Of a DNA stretch of 64,000 nt, positions 1 to 11,217 are shown piece by piece. Origin of the DNA: Lepidodermella squamata (lineage: Eukaryota > Animalia > Gastrotricha); NCBI GenBank assembly GCA_047495785.1, contig JBLDXI010000001.1, positions 2,294,001 to 2,358,000 of the forward strand, read 5' to 3'. The notes beneath the pieces are model-generated. The model searched no databases and was not told where the DNA came from. It was given only the letters and a program-made list of their open reading frames with translations. Each line of letters begins with the position of its first letter. Within the stretch, counting starts at the first letter, position 1. A program made the translations under genes and the position numbers.

Positions 1-779
1 AAAATTGAATAGTTTCTATATTCCAACTTCTGGAGGAACTATAAACTAAGCCGTGAAATAAACGTGAAATAAACGAGCAAACACCCCATTCAAGAAAAAG
101 CCAAGAAAACTATAAGCCCCAAGTTTTAGCTCCACTAAGCGAACCCTTAAGGCATCCCTGCGAAGAAGGGTTCGAGCTACAGCCCGGATACCATAAGATT
201 CAAACCCTCGGAAAATTCCAAATTTTACGAAGGAACCGATACTTCCGAAAATTCTAAAACCTACCGCAATTTCTAAGCCAAAAACTCCCAATGCTACCAA
301 AACCCGCTTGGAAAAGAGGCGATTCGCGCTAGACCTTCGACGATACGTCTTCGGACGTATTGGAAGCCAATGAAATCAGCCAACTCAAATAATAGCCACT
401 CACTGCAGACGAGTTGGCGGGGTTGAATCTCCACCTTCCACTGGATAAGCTCAAGGCGGCTCCGTTGCAGGAGGAGGGCGACGTATTCCAATTGTTGTCA
501 GACTGAACTCCCTGTACCTCGTCGTTCGCTACAGCGGTTCTTCGAGCAGACCCAGCACCGCTACGCGAACAACGCCGTCCGTTTCGTTCTCCCGTCCGCG
601 AAGCCGCTTCTCTGCTAACCCGCTGTCCCGTTCTATGCTGGCCCAGGCTTCCTCAAGGTCCTTTGCCCACCCTCGGTGTTCAAGATCTCATCCAGCTTTT
701 CCGCTCTTGGTCTATCGCATAACTTGTCTGGTCGTCCTGTTTCTTTCTTTTGTTCTTTTTTTTTTCCTTGCCTTTCCTG

Positions 780-1680
780 TCCGGGGTATCGCCGGCCTTC
801 GCCATTCGCCAGTCGGCCCTTCACCGCGCCCGCGTTTGTAGCCACCCCCGCCTCGGCCTCCTGGTCTACCAGACCCTGATCCGCCCGCTAGCCGAATTCG
901 GCTGTCCTGCGTTCGCCAACTGTCATCCGCGCTTGTTTGCGCAGCTACTTGCCATCGAAAAGCGGGCTGTGAAGTCTATCCTCGGCCTTGTCCGCGGGAC
1001 ATCCGACGCCGTCTACGACGCCCAGGTCGCCGCCGCGTTTCCGACGTTCACGCCGCTCGGCGTACGGTTGGGGGAGCTGGCTTTCCACTTCTTCAACCGT
1101 GCGCTGGAGAACGGTGGTCCCGTTGGGCTCGCACCTTCCCTTGTCGACCCTGCTAGGAGCCAGTCCGTTGCCTGCTGTCCGCCCCTCGCTCCAGCGTCCC
1201 CCAGTTCTGCAGTCCGGTCCTTGGGTAGCTGATTTGCCGGTTGGCTTCCTCCCTTAGCCTGCCGCTCGGTCTCCTGCTCGTCGCAACCGTCGTGGTGTCT
1301 CCTTTGCCTAACGCCGTCTTGCTCGGCGGACGTCGCGGGTGTGAGTCCCGGGCCGTCTGGGCTGCCTCCATGTTTAGTTTCTCTTCCTTTTGTGTGTTTT
1401 TACCACTAGGTTCGTCTTGTTCCCTCACTGGTCGCTCCATGTGCCTGCGGTGAGCTGGCAGCGGTTGGGCCACGGGCGGCGGCACAATTCTATCGGCGGC
1501 CCGTGTGCTGGTGTTCTCGGATGGGCGGCGAGTGTTGCCGCTGCTGCCTGTCCCTTTACTGTTCATACTTTTTTGCCTGGTTTTGTTCCTTTCTGGATGT
1601 GCATGATAACCCACGTTTAGCCTGCGGGCTGGTGGAATACGATCGAGGCTTGTAAGGCCGTGCCTTTTCCAATATTTTCG
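780..1680 (+). mobile_element. 3' relic of a non-LTR retrotransposon (RT C-terminal region plus probable 3' UTR)
   Basis: ORF 750..1232 contains HPRLGLLVYQTLIRPLAEFGCPAF...EKRAVKSILG...RLGEL, resembling the post-RT 'LY..LIRP.LEYG.P.W...R.A.R.I.G' region of LINE ORF2. The GC-rich composition differs from the flanks. Boundaries are approximate. Confidence 0.55.
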
Positions 1681-1888
1681 AGGGTAAATATTGTCTATGA
1701 CCCTTACCCAACTTATCTTGCTTTCCCGTAATTAATCGTAAACAATCGTAATTAATTGCTAAGGTAAGAACGAAAAGAAAGGATTTGCGTTCGTAAAAAA
1801 TTCATTTACGAAAAATTGATAACAGATAGACATTGAGGTAAAAATGTCCAAACGAACCATAAATCCAATCGCCAACATTTCCAGATCT

Positions 1889-2321
1889 TCATGGATGGCT
1901 GGTTTTAACATGCCTCCTCAATGATCGATTAGCTCGGTAAGACGCGCCGCACAAGTCGCATTTAAACTGAGGAGGTTCCACTGAGTGAACTTCGGCAATG
2001 TGCGCCCGAATGTGATACTTCTGCTTGAATTTGCTGAGGCAAATCGGACAGGTGAGTTCGTCAACATTCAGCTGGCTGAACTGGTACGGCGATGAGGCTG
2101 CTACTAACGATCCGCCATGAGATAATTTCACCCTCTCAGCGTTTTTAATCTGTGACCTCAGCTCGTTCTGAAAATTTGGATCACCATTCACTGAAAAATT
2201 AGTAAATCAGTGAATAAAAAATTGAAAGGTCCAAATCCGACCTACCAGTAATAACTTTAGATTCAAAACGTTTCTCCAAAGATATCAAGAACTTGTGAAT
2301 TTCATCCGCAAAATCGGTCAT
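1889..2321 (-). CDS. small C2H2 zinc-finger protein (2 fingers), 2 exons
   Basis: Exon 1 MTDFADEIHKFLISLEKRFESKVIT from ATG 2321. Exon 2 has CPICLSKF...HIAEVH and CDLCGASY...HVKTSH. Confidence 0.8.
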
Positions 2322-2431
2322 GTCATAAAAAACCACAGATATACTAGAAGAGAATCAATGAAAAATTGCATAAATAAAAGTATAATTTATAGAAAATCGA
2401 GGCAGCCAACAAAATTTCCAGAAACATCAAT

Positions 2432-3445
2432 TTAGTTAGCAGCTTTAACTTCCTCAGGAGTCATCAACAATTTCGCCAAAGGACTCGACACTTGAAGCGG
2501 AACAGTGTCCTGAGCCGCTGATCCCAGGGACAAGTTCTCGGCGCCATTTTCCGAATTTTCGACCTTCGTAGGAGTAGTACTAGTCAACTTAACGGCCTGA
2601 AGCTGGTCTTGCGCAGTTTTACACTTGTGTTTGACCAAAGAGCTGCGGAGTAAGAATCGTTTCAGGCAGAATTTGCACACGTGATCAGGCTGAGGAGTGG
2701 CGGGGCTGTTATTGGCAGGCGGTGCCAAGTTTTTCGGATCAGGATGAGCTTCTTTCCGATGCTGAACCAACTTGTACTTGAACGGAAACGCAGCCGGGCA
2801 GAGCGTGCAGCCATGTGCCAGTTTCAATAGGTTAACGGGACTGTCGACTTTAGTCGCATTTTCAATACCAACCGGGGTTTCAGGCACAGGTGGAGCTAGC
2901 GCGACAGCAGATATCGCCCGTGACTCGGCTTTAGCCCGGCAATCCATCACAGAGCTTGCCCAGGTGTGGTTGGCAGGTGGTGGTGGGCAAGGTGGCAGAG
3001 TCGATGCTTGACTTGCCGAAGAAACTGCATCTACGAACGAATTTCCAGGTCGAGAGTGGGCTCGAGGGGGAGTAGCTATCACCTCGTTCATTGGGGTTGG
3101 AGTGGGCGGAGTTGATATCGGCTGGGTATGAACCTTCAACAATTCAGCGAGCATCAGAGGCCGAGCAACAGTTTCATAGTAGGCCAGAGCGTTAACTAAA
3201 ATTCAATTGAAAGAAAATGAAAAATTCCTCCTTAAAATACAAAAAAACAAGCCTGCTTGGGTGCTTTGACGCTCGAGTTCATTAATTCTATTTTTCAAAT
3301 AGGTGACTACAGGGTCAAGTCTTTCGGAGACATTGGTCGCCTGAGAACCATCTTTCCCTGTATTACCGTAAAATTTAGAATTATTCACCAGGTCATTTCT
3401 TCATGGCATACCTGACAAGAGGCTCGCTAGGAAAGAATTTTCCAT
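2432..3445 (-). CDS. coiled-coil + Pro-rich C2H2 zinc-finger protein, 3 exons
   Basis: MENSFLASLLS|...DPVVTYLKNRINELERQ|...CTLCPAAF...HRKEAH and CKFCLKRF...HKC fingers. Confidence 0.75.
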
Positions 3446-3674
3446 GAATTATTTTTGCCAAGGAATCTAACACTGAAATTTAAAAAAAATAGGTTGCAAA
3501 TCATTTTTTCTCATGAACTGGCAATCACAGGCAATTTATCAACTCATAAAGACGAAATATTTCAACTTTCAGGTTTTTCCGGTTGGGAGGATATCAAAAT
3601 TCGAGCATGCAACTGTGGATGATTGATGGTCCGCATAAGTTTCGCTCTGGTCGCCAAACTGCTCAGGCACTGAA

Positions 3675-3884
3675 TCAGACGAACTCGTCTCTTTCGATGC
3701 CGATCGAAGTAGATCGAACCTCGAAATATAAGTGAAATTCAATAATATCATCGCGATTGGATAGAAACAAACGTTTCGCATTCATCGGGCATGAGGCGAG
3801 CAATCGGGAAATTTCATTGCTGTACGCCTCTATTTCTACGAGAAGTTTGAAAACGGATGTTACCCTAGCTGAATTCGCTTCCAT
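3675..3884 (-). CDS. small helical hypothetical protein within the ZF array
   Basis: ATG ORF MEANSARVTSVFKLLVEIEAYSNEISRLL..., same strand and spacing as neighbours, no recognisable domain. Confidence 0.35.
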   Translation of the reverse strand: MEANSARVTSVFKLLVEIEAYSNEISRLLASCPMNAKRLFLSNRDDIIEFHLYFEVRSTSIGIERDEFV

Positions 3885-4119
3885 AAATCTGTTTCTAAAG
3901 AATATTAAAAAAAACATCAAAAATTTACATGGCCTACGTAGATTCATTGTCAACGTGTTGTTGTTTACGAGTAGCAAAAATATTAGAAATTATTTACAAA
4001 TCAAATAGGCAAAATACTGGCATATGAAGTACCACGCTATCATTCAAAATGCAAATAAAAAAAATAGGAATAATTTTCGAAACTTGAAGAAAATACGATT
4101 CAGAAGATTGATGAGGAAT

Positions 4120-5624
4120 CTACGCCTTTTTGCGCTTGAGCTTCGCCGCCGGAGCCGGGTCGGGCTCTTTTTCGACTTCAGCCTGACTCGCCTTCTGCTT
4201 AGCTCCGCCTCTTTTCGTAACCTTGGCCGGCATCTTTTTCTCAGCTTCAGGCTCGGCCTCATCGTCTTCTTCGTCGTGGGGCTTCATCTCGGCCTCAGGT
4301 TGGGGAGCTGCCGCTTTCTTAGCCGATTTCTTCGGCGTTGCTTTAGCAGCAGGTTTTTCTTCCGGTACCGGCGTGGCAGCAACTACAACAGGAGCTGGTT
4401 CCGCTTTTTTCGGGGTCTTAGCAGGTTTCGCCGCCGGAGTTGGGGTAGCAACAACTTCAGGAGCAGGGGTGGGTGGAGCCGATGCGGTGGCTTTGTGGGC
4501 CAGGGTAACGTGTCGCTTCAGTCCAGCAGCCGAACTCATCGTATGACCACATTCCGAGCACGTAAAATCCGCTTTCTGAGGTTCAGGCTCATGGTGATCA
4601 GCCTCGGGCGTTTCTACCTCTTCCTCCTCCTCCTCTTCCTCCGCCTTCTTCTCCATAGCTTTTTTGCCTCGTTTCTTAGCCGGTCCTTTCTTGTCAACGA
4701 TTTCATGTTCAGGCTCTTTCTTAGATTCATGCACAACAGGGGTGACCGGCATTTCAGCGGGTTTCTCCGGCTCAACAGCGGCGGCAGCTTTTTTACCTCG
4801 TTTACGGCTCGTTTCCTGGGCTACGTGGACCTCAGAGTTAGTCATAGCGACTACAGGGACAACAGCAACCTTAGACACGCCGTGCTCTGAGACAAATTTT
4901 ACATTCTAAGAACCGAGTTAAGACTTTATTATGGCTTACGATTTGAAGGAAAAACTGGAGGCAGTTTCGTCTTCACAAGCTCCAAATTTTTCAAATTCAC
5001 GGCGGCAACTTCCAACAAATGAGCGTAGTTCGGGGTCACTTTGCCGCCTTTACCTGGGTGAGAAGAAAATTATAATTAGAATTAAATTAATTTCAAATTT
5101 CAAATTCAAAATTTTAAATTTTAAAATATTTCAAAATTTAATTTTAAATTGTGAAATTTTTGATTTCCATAAAAACTTTAAACTTTCAATTCGAATTATT
5201 ATACCAACTCAATCATTATGGATTAGAATTCAAGTCGAGTTTCCATATCGCAGGGTGGGCGACAGAACGACCTGCCTAGAATAGAAACAAATGGCGTAAA
5301 ACTATTTTTTGCATCTCCGCCAAGTCAGTCGCGTGCCGGAAAAACTGAGCGCCAGTTTTTTCTGTGCATCAAATGCATTACGCCATTTGTTTCTATTTTA
5401 GTCAGGTCGTTCTGTCGCCCACCCTGCGATATTTTTCAAATTTTCAAGTTTATAATTGCCGAAAAAGAGCGAAAACCCACAAATTCGGGCGATACCTATT
5501 CGGTTATAAAATCATTTCATCGAATTTTACCTGATTTCATTCCACTCATTATGGTTTGAATTCCGGCTATAGCATCCTCCAAAGCTGCATGGCAAACTTC
5601 TCGATCATCGCTCGATTGGGCCAT
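4120..5624 (-). CDS. Lys/Ala/Pro/Glu-rich (histone H1-like low complexity) protein with one C2H2 finger, 3 exons
   Basis: Exons ~5624-5531 (MAQSSDDREVCHAALEDAIAG...), ~5052-4940 (GKGGKVTPNYAHLLEVAAVNL...) and ~4888-4120 join in frame via GT-AG introns. CSECGHTM...HVTLAH finger, KRGKK repeats, poly-E tract. Confidence 0.8.
5245..5432. mobile_element. MITE-like foldback element in intron 1 of the 4120-5624 gene
   Basis: ~55 bp near-perfect terminal inverted repeats atatcgcagggtgggcgacagaacgacctg... / ...caggtcgttctgtcgcccaccctgcgatat. Confidence 0.8.
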
Positions 5625-5707
5625 GTCAAATAACAATAACGCAACAAATAAGCCTACAACAAATTCCCGGAAACCATTCGAAAAATAGCATTGATAAAAT
5701 TCGCAGA

Positions 5708-5968
5708 CTACTTTGCGCCATGGGTCTTTTTCAAATGACGTATCAAGTCCTCCTCCTGGCGATAGACTCGGCCACACAACGCGCAGTCATATTTAGCTTC
5801 AGATTTATTCATCGGCGAAACCGGAGCTGCTTCCTTCCCAGCCTGGCGAGACGACTTACCTTCGTACGGAGATAAAAATGCATGAGCTAGCGATTTTTGA
5901 CAGGTCGAAACAATGTTCCGCTGGGACTGAATCCTGATTTTCAGCATTTCAATGCTTAATTCGGCCAT
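5708..5968 (-). CDS. small single C2H2 finger protein
   Basis: MAELSIEMLKIRIQ...YDCALCGRVY...LIRHLKKTH, single exon. Confidence 0.75.
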   Translation of the reverse strand: MAELSIEMLKIRIQSQRNIVSTCQKSLAHAFLSPYEGKSSRQAGKEAAPVSPMNKSEAKYDCALCGRVYRQEEDLIRHLKKTHGAK

Positions 5969-6189
5969 TTTCCGGTCGTCCGAAAGCACAAATTCGTTCA
6001 ACTCTAAATTCATCCAATTAAACAAAATCAAGAACAACAGGCCAACTAACCATCAGCCGCTTTATCAGTAGATTCGATCGATATGCCCAGTCCATCTAAC
6101 AGCAGCTTGACGCAACTTCGGACAATAATCTGATCGTTTACAGGAGGCGAATCCATTCAAGCTTAAAAATCTGCGGTGAAATTCAACGT

Positions 6190-6683
6190 TTATTTTTGAA
6201 TACGATGAAAATTCGCGAGGTGACGCTTGAAAAATCCAAGGCTCGAAAATGATTTGTTGCAATGTTTGCACGTCGACTTAGTCCCTGATTTTTTGAATTT
6301 CGCAATTTTAGCGAGGCTTCGAGGCGCTTCCTTAACAGGTTTCTCCTCAACCTGCTTGGCTGATTTTGTCATGTGAATAACAACGCTAACGCGGAATAGG
6401 GCGGCATCTGTATAGATAACCAATGAAAAAATGAGAAAAATTGGAGATAATCGCACATGTCATGAGGAGCTCATTTTCCAGATCGATAACTTGTCCGGCC
6501 AGGTAAGCCAGGACGGGGTCGGGAGATTCCCGTTTTTCGGCCAATTTTTTACGCGATTCCGCAAAGACATCCATCAACGCTGAAGAATTCAGAAATTCAC
6601 TGAGAAACCAACAAAAATGAGGAATTACCTTTTTTCTGTTGAAATTCTCCTTCCCATGTCATTTCTCCTCCAAGTTTTTCCAT
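6190..6683 (-). CDS. coiled-coil + single C2H2 finger protein, 3 exons
   Basis: MEKLGGEMTWEGEFQQKK|ALMDVF...DPVLAYLAGQVIDLENELL|...CKHCNKSF...HLANFH. The DPV.AYL...I.ELE motif is shared with the 2432-3445 gene. Confidence 0.7.
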
Positions 6684-6739
6684 GCTAATGAAAATTAATC
6701 ACAAAATTTCAAGTCAATCAAATTTCGCACGAAAAAAAA

Positions 6740-7588
6740 TCAGAAATAATCAAAAATTCCATATTGAGATTCATCGAGCCAAGGCTGAGAGTAACAGTCG
6801 TTGTGATTTAGTTCCATATGCCCTCGAAGTCCGATGGCACTTCGGTAAAATTTTCCGCAAATCGTGCAGGTAGTCATGCGAACCCAGGGGGATAGAGAGC
6901 TCAGCCATTCACCCAGTTGACGCGGCCCAATTTCATCGATAGCTTCATCATGAATGTTGATTTCATTCAACTCGGATTCGGAGACAAGATCGGAATCATC
7001 CTCGTCAATGTTCATCAAAGTTTTCGATTCGCTGGCCTCACGAGTCTCAACTGAAAAATTTAAAATCAATCACACATCACGAAAGAAGTTGAATTTGATT
7101 TGCTCGAATTTCAAGAAAAAAATATTTACTTTGAGCATTTTTCAGCTGGTCAGAAAATCGCTCGATCGAAAGGTTCAATGCGGAGAGCAATTCAAAGCAT
7201 AAACCAATTTCGAGAGATTTTAGTTCGATCCGGTCTTCCTCTTTCACCTCAAGAAGTTGACTCATGAGATCAAGGCAGCTCAAGCACCAGTCGTTAAAGT
7301 GCTCCAGTTGATAAGAAATTTTATCGAATGACAAGTTTTCACAATCGATGGATGATTTTAATTCCGGAACCAAATGCCAGGGTGCCGAGGTGAGAAGAAA
7401 TTGCAAACGATTATCCGGAATCGAGGTGATCAAAACACCTTAAGAAAAATAAAATCTTAGCGATAAAAATGAGCATGCAGAAATAATTTACCAGAAAATA
7501 AAACGTGCACCTCTTCAATCGATGCGCAAATAATCCCGATTTGATCCGATATCGACGGAGAAGTTCCGATTTCACTAGACGACGCCAT
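6740..7588 (-). CDS. helical N-terminal domain + acidic tract + single C2H2 finger, 3 exons
   Basis: MASSSEIGTSPSISDQ...|...LITSIPDNRL...|...CTICGKFY...HMELNH with GT-AG introns. Confidence 0.7.
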
Positions 7589-7799
7589 AGCGAAAAAACC
7601 CGACTTAAAAAGGTCTAAACCAATTAATCGAAATCTGAAAGTTCGCAATTTAATTAGTTTCATTATTTACAGTTTCCATTGAAAATCGATCAACAAACAT
7701 CGCACAAGTTTCGATCTCAGTAAAGTAACAAAAGTAGCGCGAACAGGGAGGAGATGAATTTTTTCCAAGTCAAATTTCGCACAGCGAACATTGAAAATC

Positions 7800-8184
7800 T
7801 CAGTTGAACGGCAGCCTGGCAACAACGGGCTTCGGATTGTGCAACTGGCGCTTGTGGCGCTTCAACTGCTTACTTCCAGCACAAGTGAACCCACATAAGC
7901 CACACTTTTTCAGCAGGCTCGGATCGTGAACGGGCAAATGAGTGTTTAGAACTTTCAAACGACGAAATGTTGCTGAGCAATGCGGGCATGAGAATCTCTC
8001 TATAATATCACCTTAATCCTAGCGGCGGAAAATAACATCATGACTCACTTCGACTATTCCCTTGGGGCTCTTTGCTTTTTGCTGCCTCAAGAGCTTCGAC
8101 TCGTTTGAGTAGCTCCGCGTTAATTGATTCAAGATTGATGATTCGTTCCCGCAAATCGATCAATTCTAGTTCTAACATCGACAT
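7800..8184 (-). CDS. coiled-coil + 2 C2H2 fingers, 2 exons (missed by the ORF track)
   Basis: Manual translation: MSMLELELIDLRERIINLESINAELLKRVEALE...|gtgagt intron|...RFSCPHCSATFRRLKVLNTHLPVH...KCGLCGFTCAGSKQLKRHKRQLH...FN*. Confidence 0.8.
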
Positions 8185-8331
8185 CTAAACTAACCAAGAT
8201 TCGAATTTCGCTATAATCGACAATTATCAAAATTTTACTCCACTAGGAAATAAAATAACGCATAAACGAGAAAAATAAATTCGAATTGATCAAAAAATAC
8301 TACACGAGTCGAGGCAATTTCAGCGTAAATT

Positions 8332-8980
8332 TCAATGAACTTTGCGCTTGTGGCGACTGAGCACAGTTTTCCGGAAAAATTTCTTTCCGCATAATTCGCA
8401 TTTACACCGCGGAACCAAGTCGTGAATGCCCTTGTGCTCCAGCATGTTCGACTTTGACGAGAAAGCGCGCTCACAGATTGGGCAGACATTGCTGTCGAAG
8501 GTGTGTTCCGCCGGTTTGCTGGCCAATTCTACAGTTTGAACCTCATCAGGCTCCGATTCAGCATTCACCACATCAATGGCTGGACTAGTCGGGCGAGATG
8601 AAGTTTCAAGGTCGTTTGAATCGACCCCAATTCTACTCTCAATGATGAAGTCGGTTTCGAAATCAATCTCCGGCTCGGGCGGCGGAGCTCTCGGTAAGGT
8701 TAGCTCGACAGCTTCTGGTAAATCGATCTTCGACTTATCAAACACGTAATCGTCCATCAGCAGCTGCTGGTGCTCTTCCATTTCTAAATTAAAATTTCGG
8801 CTAAAAAAAATGCCACCTTAATTCAATTCAATACATACCTTGCCGGAAATTTTCTTCAATAAGTCGGTTTTCTTCCATTAGATCTTCATTTTCCTCGATC
8901 ATAGCTTGAATTTCCAGCTTCAACTTGGCATTTTCTGCCTCCAATTCAGATAGTCTGCGGTAAACAAATTCGTAGCTCAT
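8332..8980 (-). CDS. coiled-coil + acidic + 2 C2H2 fingers, 2 exons
   Basis: Exon 1 MSYEFVYRRLSELEAENAKLKLEIQAMIEENEDL. Exon 2 has CPICERAF...HKGIH and CELCGKKF...HKRKVH. Confidence 0.8.
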
Positions 8981-9115
8981 TGGAAAAATTAACCTACAAA
9001 TTTGAAGTTTCCTCTAAAAACGGATGAATCGCTATTGAATAAAAATAAATGAAAATAGTTCGCGCAAATGTAAAACTGACATCTAAATCATTCAAGTCAG
9101 GTATATTTTTATCAT

Positions 9116-9352
9116 CTAGAAGATGTAGTTTCGCATAGAAATGAAGATTTGTAAGTATAACAACAACAAAACGAAAAACAGAACCAATAACACAATAAAT
9201 AAAAATCTGAACACATCGACAATGGCGTGAAGTCGAAGGTTCTGTCCCGTAACATCGTCGTTTTCTTCAATCAGTGCTTGAACTTCTACCTTCAGCTTCT
9301 TGTTTTCAGCCTCCAGTTCAGTTAGTCTGCGTTGAGCTGCTTTGCGGCTCAT
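9116..9352 (-). CDS. coiled-coil protein with C-terminal transmembrane helix (tail-anchored-like), paralogue of the neighbouring ZF N-terminus
   Basis: RRLTELEAENKKLKVEVQALIEEND aligns to RRLSELEAENAKLKLEIQAMIEENE of 8332-8980, then FLFIVLLVLFFVLLLLYLQIFI. Confidence 0.65.
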   Translation of the reverse strand: MSRKAAQRRLTELEAENKKLKVEVQALIEENDDVTGQNLRLHAIVDVFRFLFIVLLVLFFVLLLLYLQIFISMRNYIF

Positions 9353-9409
9353 TGGTCAATTCAATAACCTATTAACCACAAGTAAATCATAAATTATTAA
9401 CTTTACAAT

Positions 9410-9700
9410 TCAAGAACGATGATTGCGCTGGACGTGTTTCTGCATCGAAGATTTCAAGAAAAATTTCTGGTCACAAAATTCGCATTTAATCTGGGGCGAC
9501 GACTCATGAGATTTCTTGTGATCAAGCATGTATTTGACAGAGCTGAAAGTACGGAAACAGATGGGACATGATTTTTCGTCCAGTTGAGGTTCGGGCTGAA
9601 ACGCATAGCTCGGGCCATTTTTCGCCGCTTTCTGTGCCTCAGATTTCCAAAATTTGACTTCTGACTCAAGTTCGGCAATTCGCTTACGCAAGGCTTCCAT
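9410..9700 (-). CDS. coiled-coil + 2 C2H2 fingers (96 aa)
   Basis: LRKRIAELESEVKFWK; CPICFRTF...HKKSH; CEFCDQKF...HVQRNH. Confidence 0.85.
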   Translation of the reverse strand: MEALRKRIAELESEVKFWKSEAQKAAKNGPSYAFQPEPQLDEKSCPICFRTFSSVKYMLDHKKSHESSPQIKCEFCDQKFFLKSSMQKHVQRNHRS

Positions 9701-9818
9701 CAAATAAAATTCAAAAATAAAACCTACTCATCAGGCAATCAAAAAATAAAAATCGATAAATTAGCAATGCGACAACAAATTATGAAGAAATGAGAAAAAT
9801 CCAAAACAATCTCTGAAT

Positions 9819-10124
9819 TTATTCGCGTCGGTGGCGGCGATATTTGTGAACATTCAAGTGATTCCGCGTAAAAAACGATTGATCACACGAATCGCATCTA
9901 AATTGAGCGACGGCGGCATGAAGTTGTTGATGGTCGCGCATGAAACTTGCGTATTTGAACGTTTTAAAACAAATCGGGCATTGTTTATCATTCGCTGAAG
10001 GCTGCGGCTCGAAGGCGTAATTCGGCGCTGAACTGGCCAATTTTTCTTCAAGATTTTTCAACTTGGCTTCCAACAGCTGAATTTTCAACTTCAACTCAGC
10101 GTTTTCTTTCTCCAGCGAACTCAT
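9819..10124 (-). CDS. coiled-coil + 2 C2H2 fingers (101 aa)
   Basis: LEKENAELKLKIQLLEAKLKNLE; CPICFKTF...HQQLH; CDSCDQSF...HKYRRH. The P.YAF.P.P linker is shared with 9410-9700. Confidence 0.85.
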   Translation of the reverse strand: MSSLEKENAELKLKIQLLEAKLKNLEEKLASSAPNYAFEPQPSANDKQCPICFKTFKYASFMRDHQQLHAAVAQFRCDSCDQSFFTRNHLNVHKYRRHRRE

Positions 10125-11217
10125 GAAAATTGTAGGAGAAACCCTAAATAATATGCAGTGAATTAAACAAGAACCGAAAATGCTAGTCGACACAATCAGC
10201 ATTCAGTCAAATATAACAAATATAACAAGAAATTAAGCGCGTTGTAAGGCGTGATTTCCCTGCATTCGTCGAATTTCCGAATTTATTTCGGACATTAGCA
10301 AGTCATACGCGTGGCACAGCGCGAGCGGCAGCGGCGACGAACTACCAACGGAGCCTGACAAAATAAACCAAACCAATCAAACACATAACAATGATCGACC
10401 GGTTAATCAGTTACAGCTCAAAATATTGCAGCGAATTTCGGCAATAATTCGCGAGTATTCGAGTAATTTTCGCACTTCTGCCGAAGTCGACATTTCCATC
10501 TCGTGTGAACAGAGGAGACTGAAAATCCGAGTTAACCGCGCACTCTACACCGCGTAAACTGAAATTGAGTGTAATGATCACTCTCACGCGGTGAGGGCCG
10601 CCGGTCGTTGGCGCGCACGCCCGGAGATAGTGCGCGGGTGACCTAGAAGTGCGCGCAATTGCTACTAATAATAGCCCCAGCCGCCGCCTAGGTCATCGTT
10701 TTTATTACCATCGGTGGATTTCGGCGGTCTGAGTGGCCTAAGTAATTACGATGAATAAACTTGCCTGCTGCTGACAAATAATGGTCACCTGTGAATAAGA
10801 CTGCCAATTTTTTCAACAAGGGGTATTAATCGAATTGAGCTTGAAAGTCGAGTTGAAGTGACTTCAATAGTGCTGTCATTTCGTACAAAATTCAGAAACA
10901 GAATTCCCGCTGAATATTGGAGATGAGATATTTTGACATTGCCAGGAATGGAAAACAGCTGATGAATGCTTTTAAATTGGAAACTAATCGGCTACTTGGA
11001 AGCATTGGAAATTCGTTCAAAGCTACCTTGCAGCTGTTGTTCTTTTAGCAATCGAATTCATTTTAATCTCGGTATAAATTGATGATATATTCGTTAAATT
11101 CACATAAATATCCATGGCTTAGCATGGTTAATAAAATTGCTATTCGCTCAGCACCGTAGATAGTTTCAAAATTGCATTGAGAGTCACTGACCCTAAAAAA
11201 ATCGATTATTGTTCGGG

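Noticed and set aside
1153-1614. 153-aa minus-strand ORF and other overlapping ORFs in the GC-rich first 1.7 kb
   Set aside because: No domain signal; expected by chance in a GC-rich retroelement relic.
3200-3255. Possible GC-AG intron in the 2432-3445 gene
   Set aside because: A nearby GT donor also keeps the frame, so a non-canonical site cannot be supported without cDNA.
4024-4890. 288-aa Arg/Phe-rich ORF on the + strand
   Set aside because: It is the antisense shadow of the low-complexity K/A/P/E-rich ZF exon on the minus strand.
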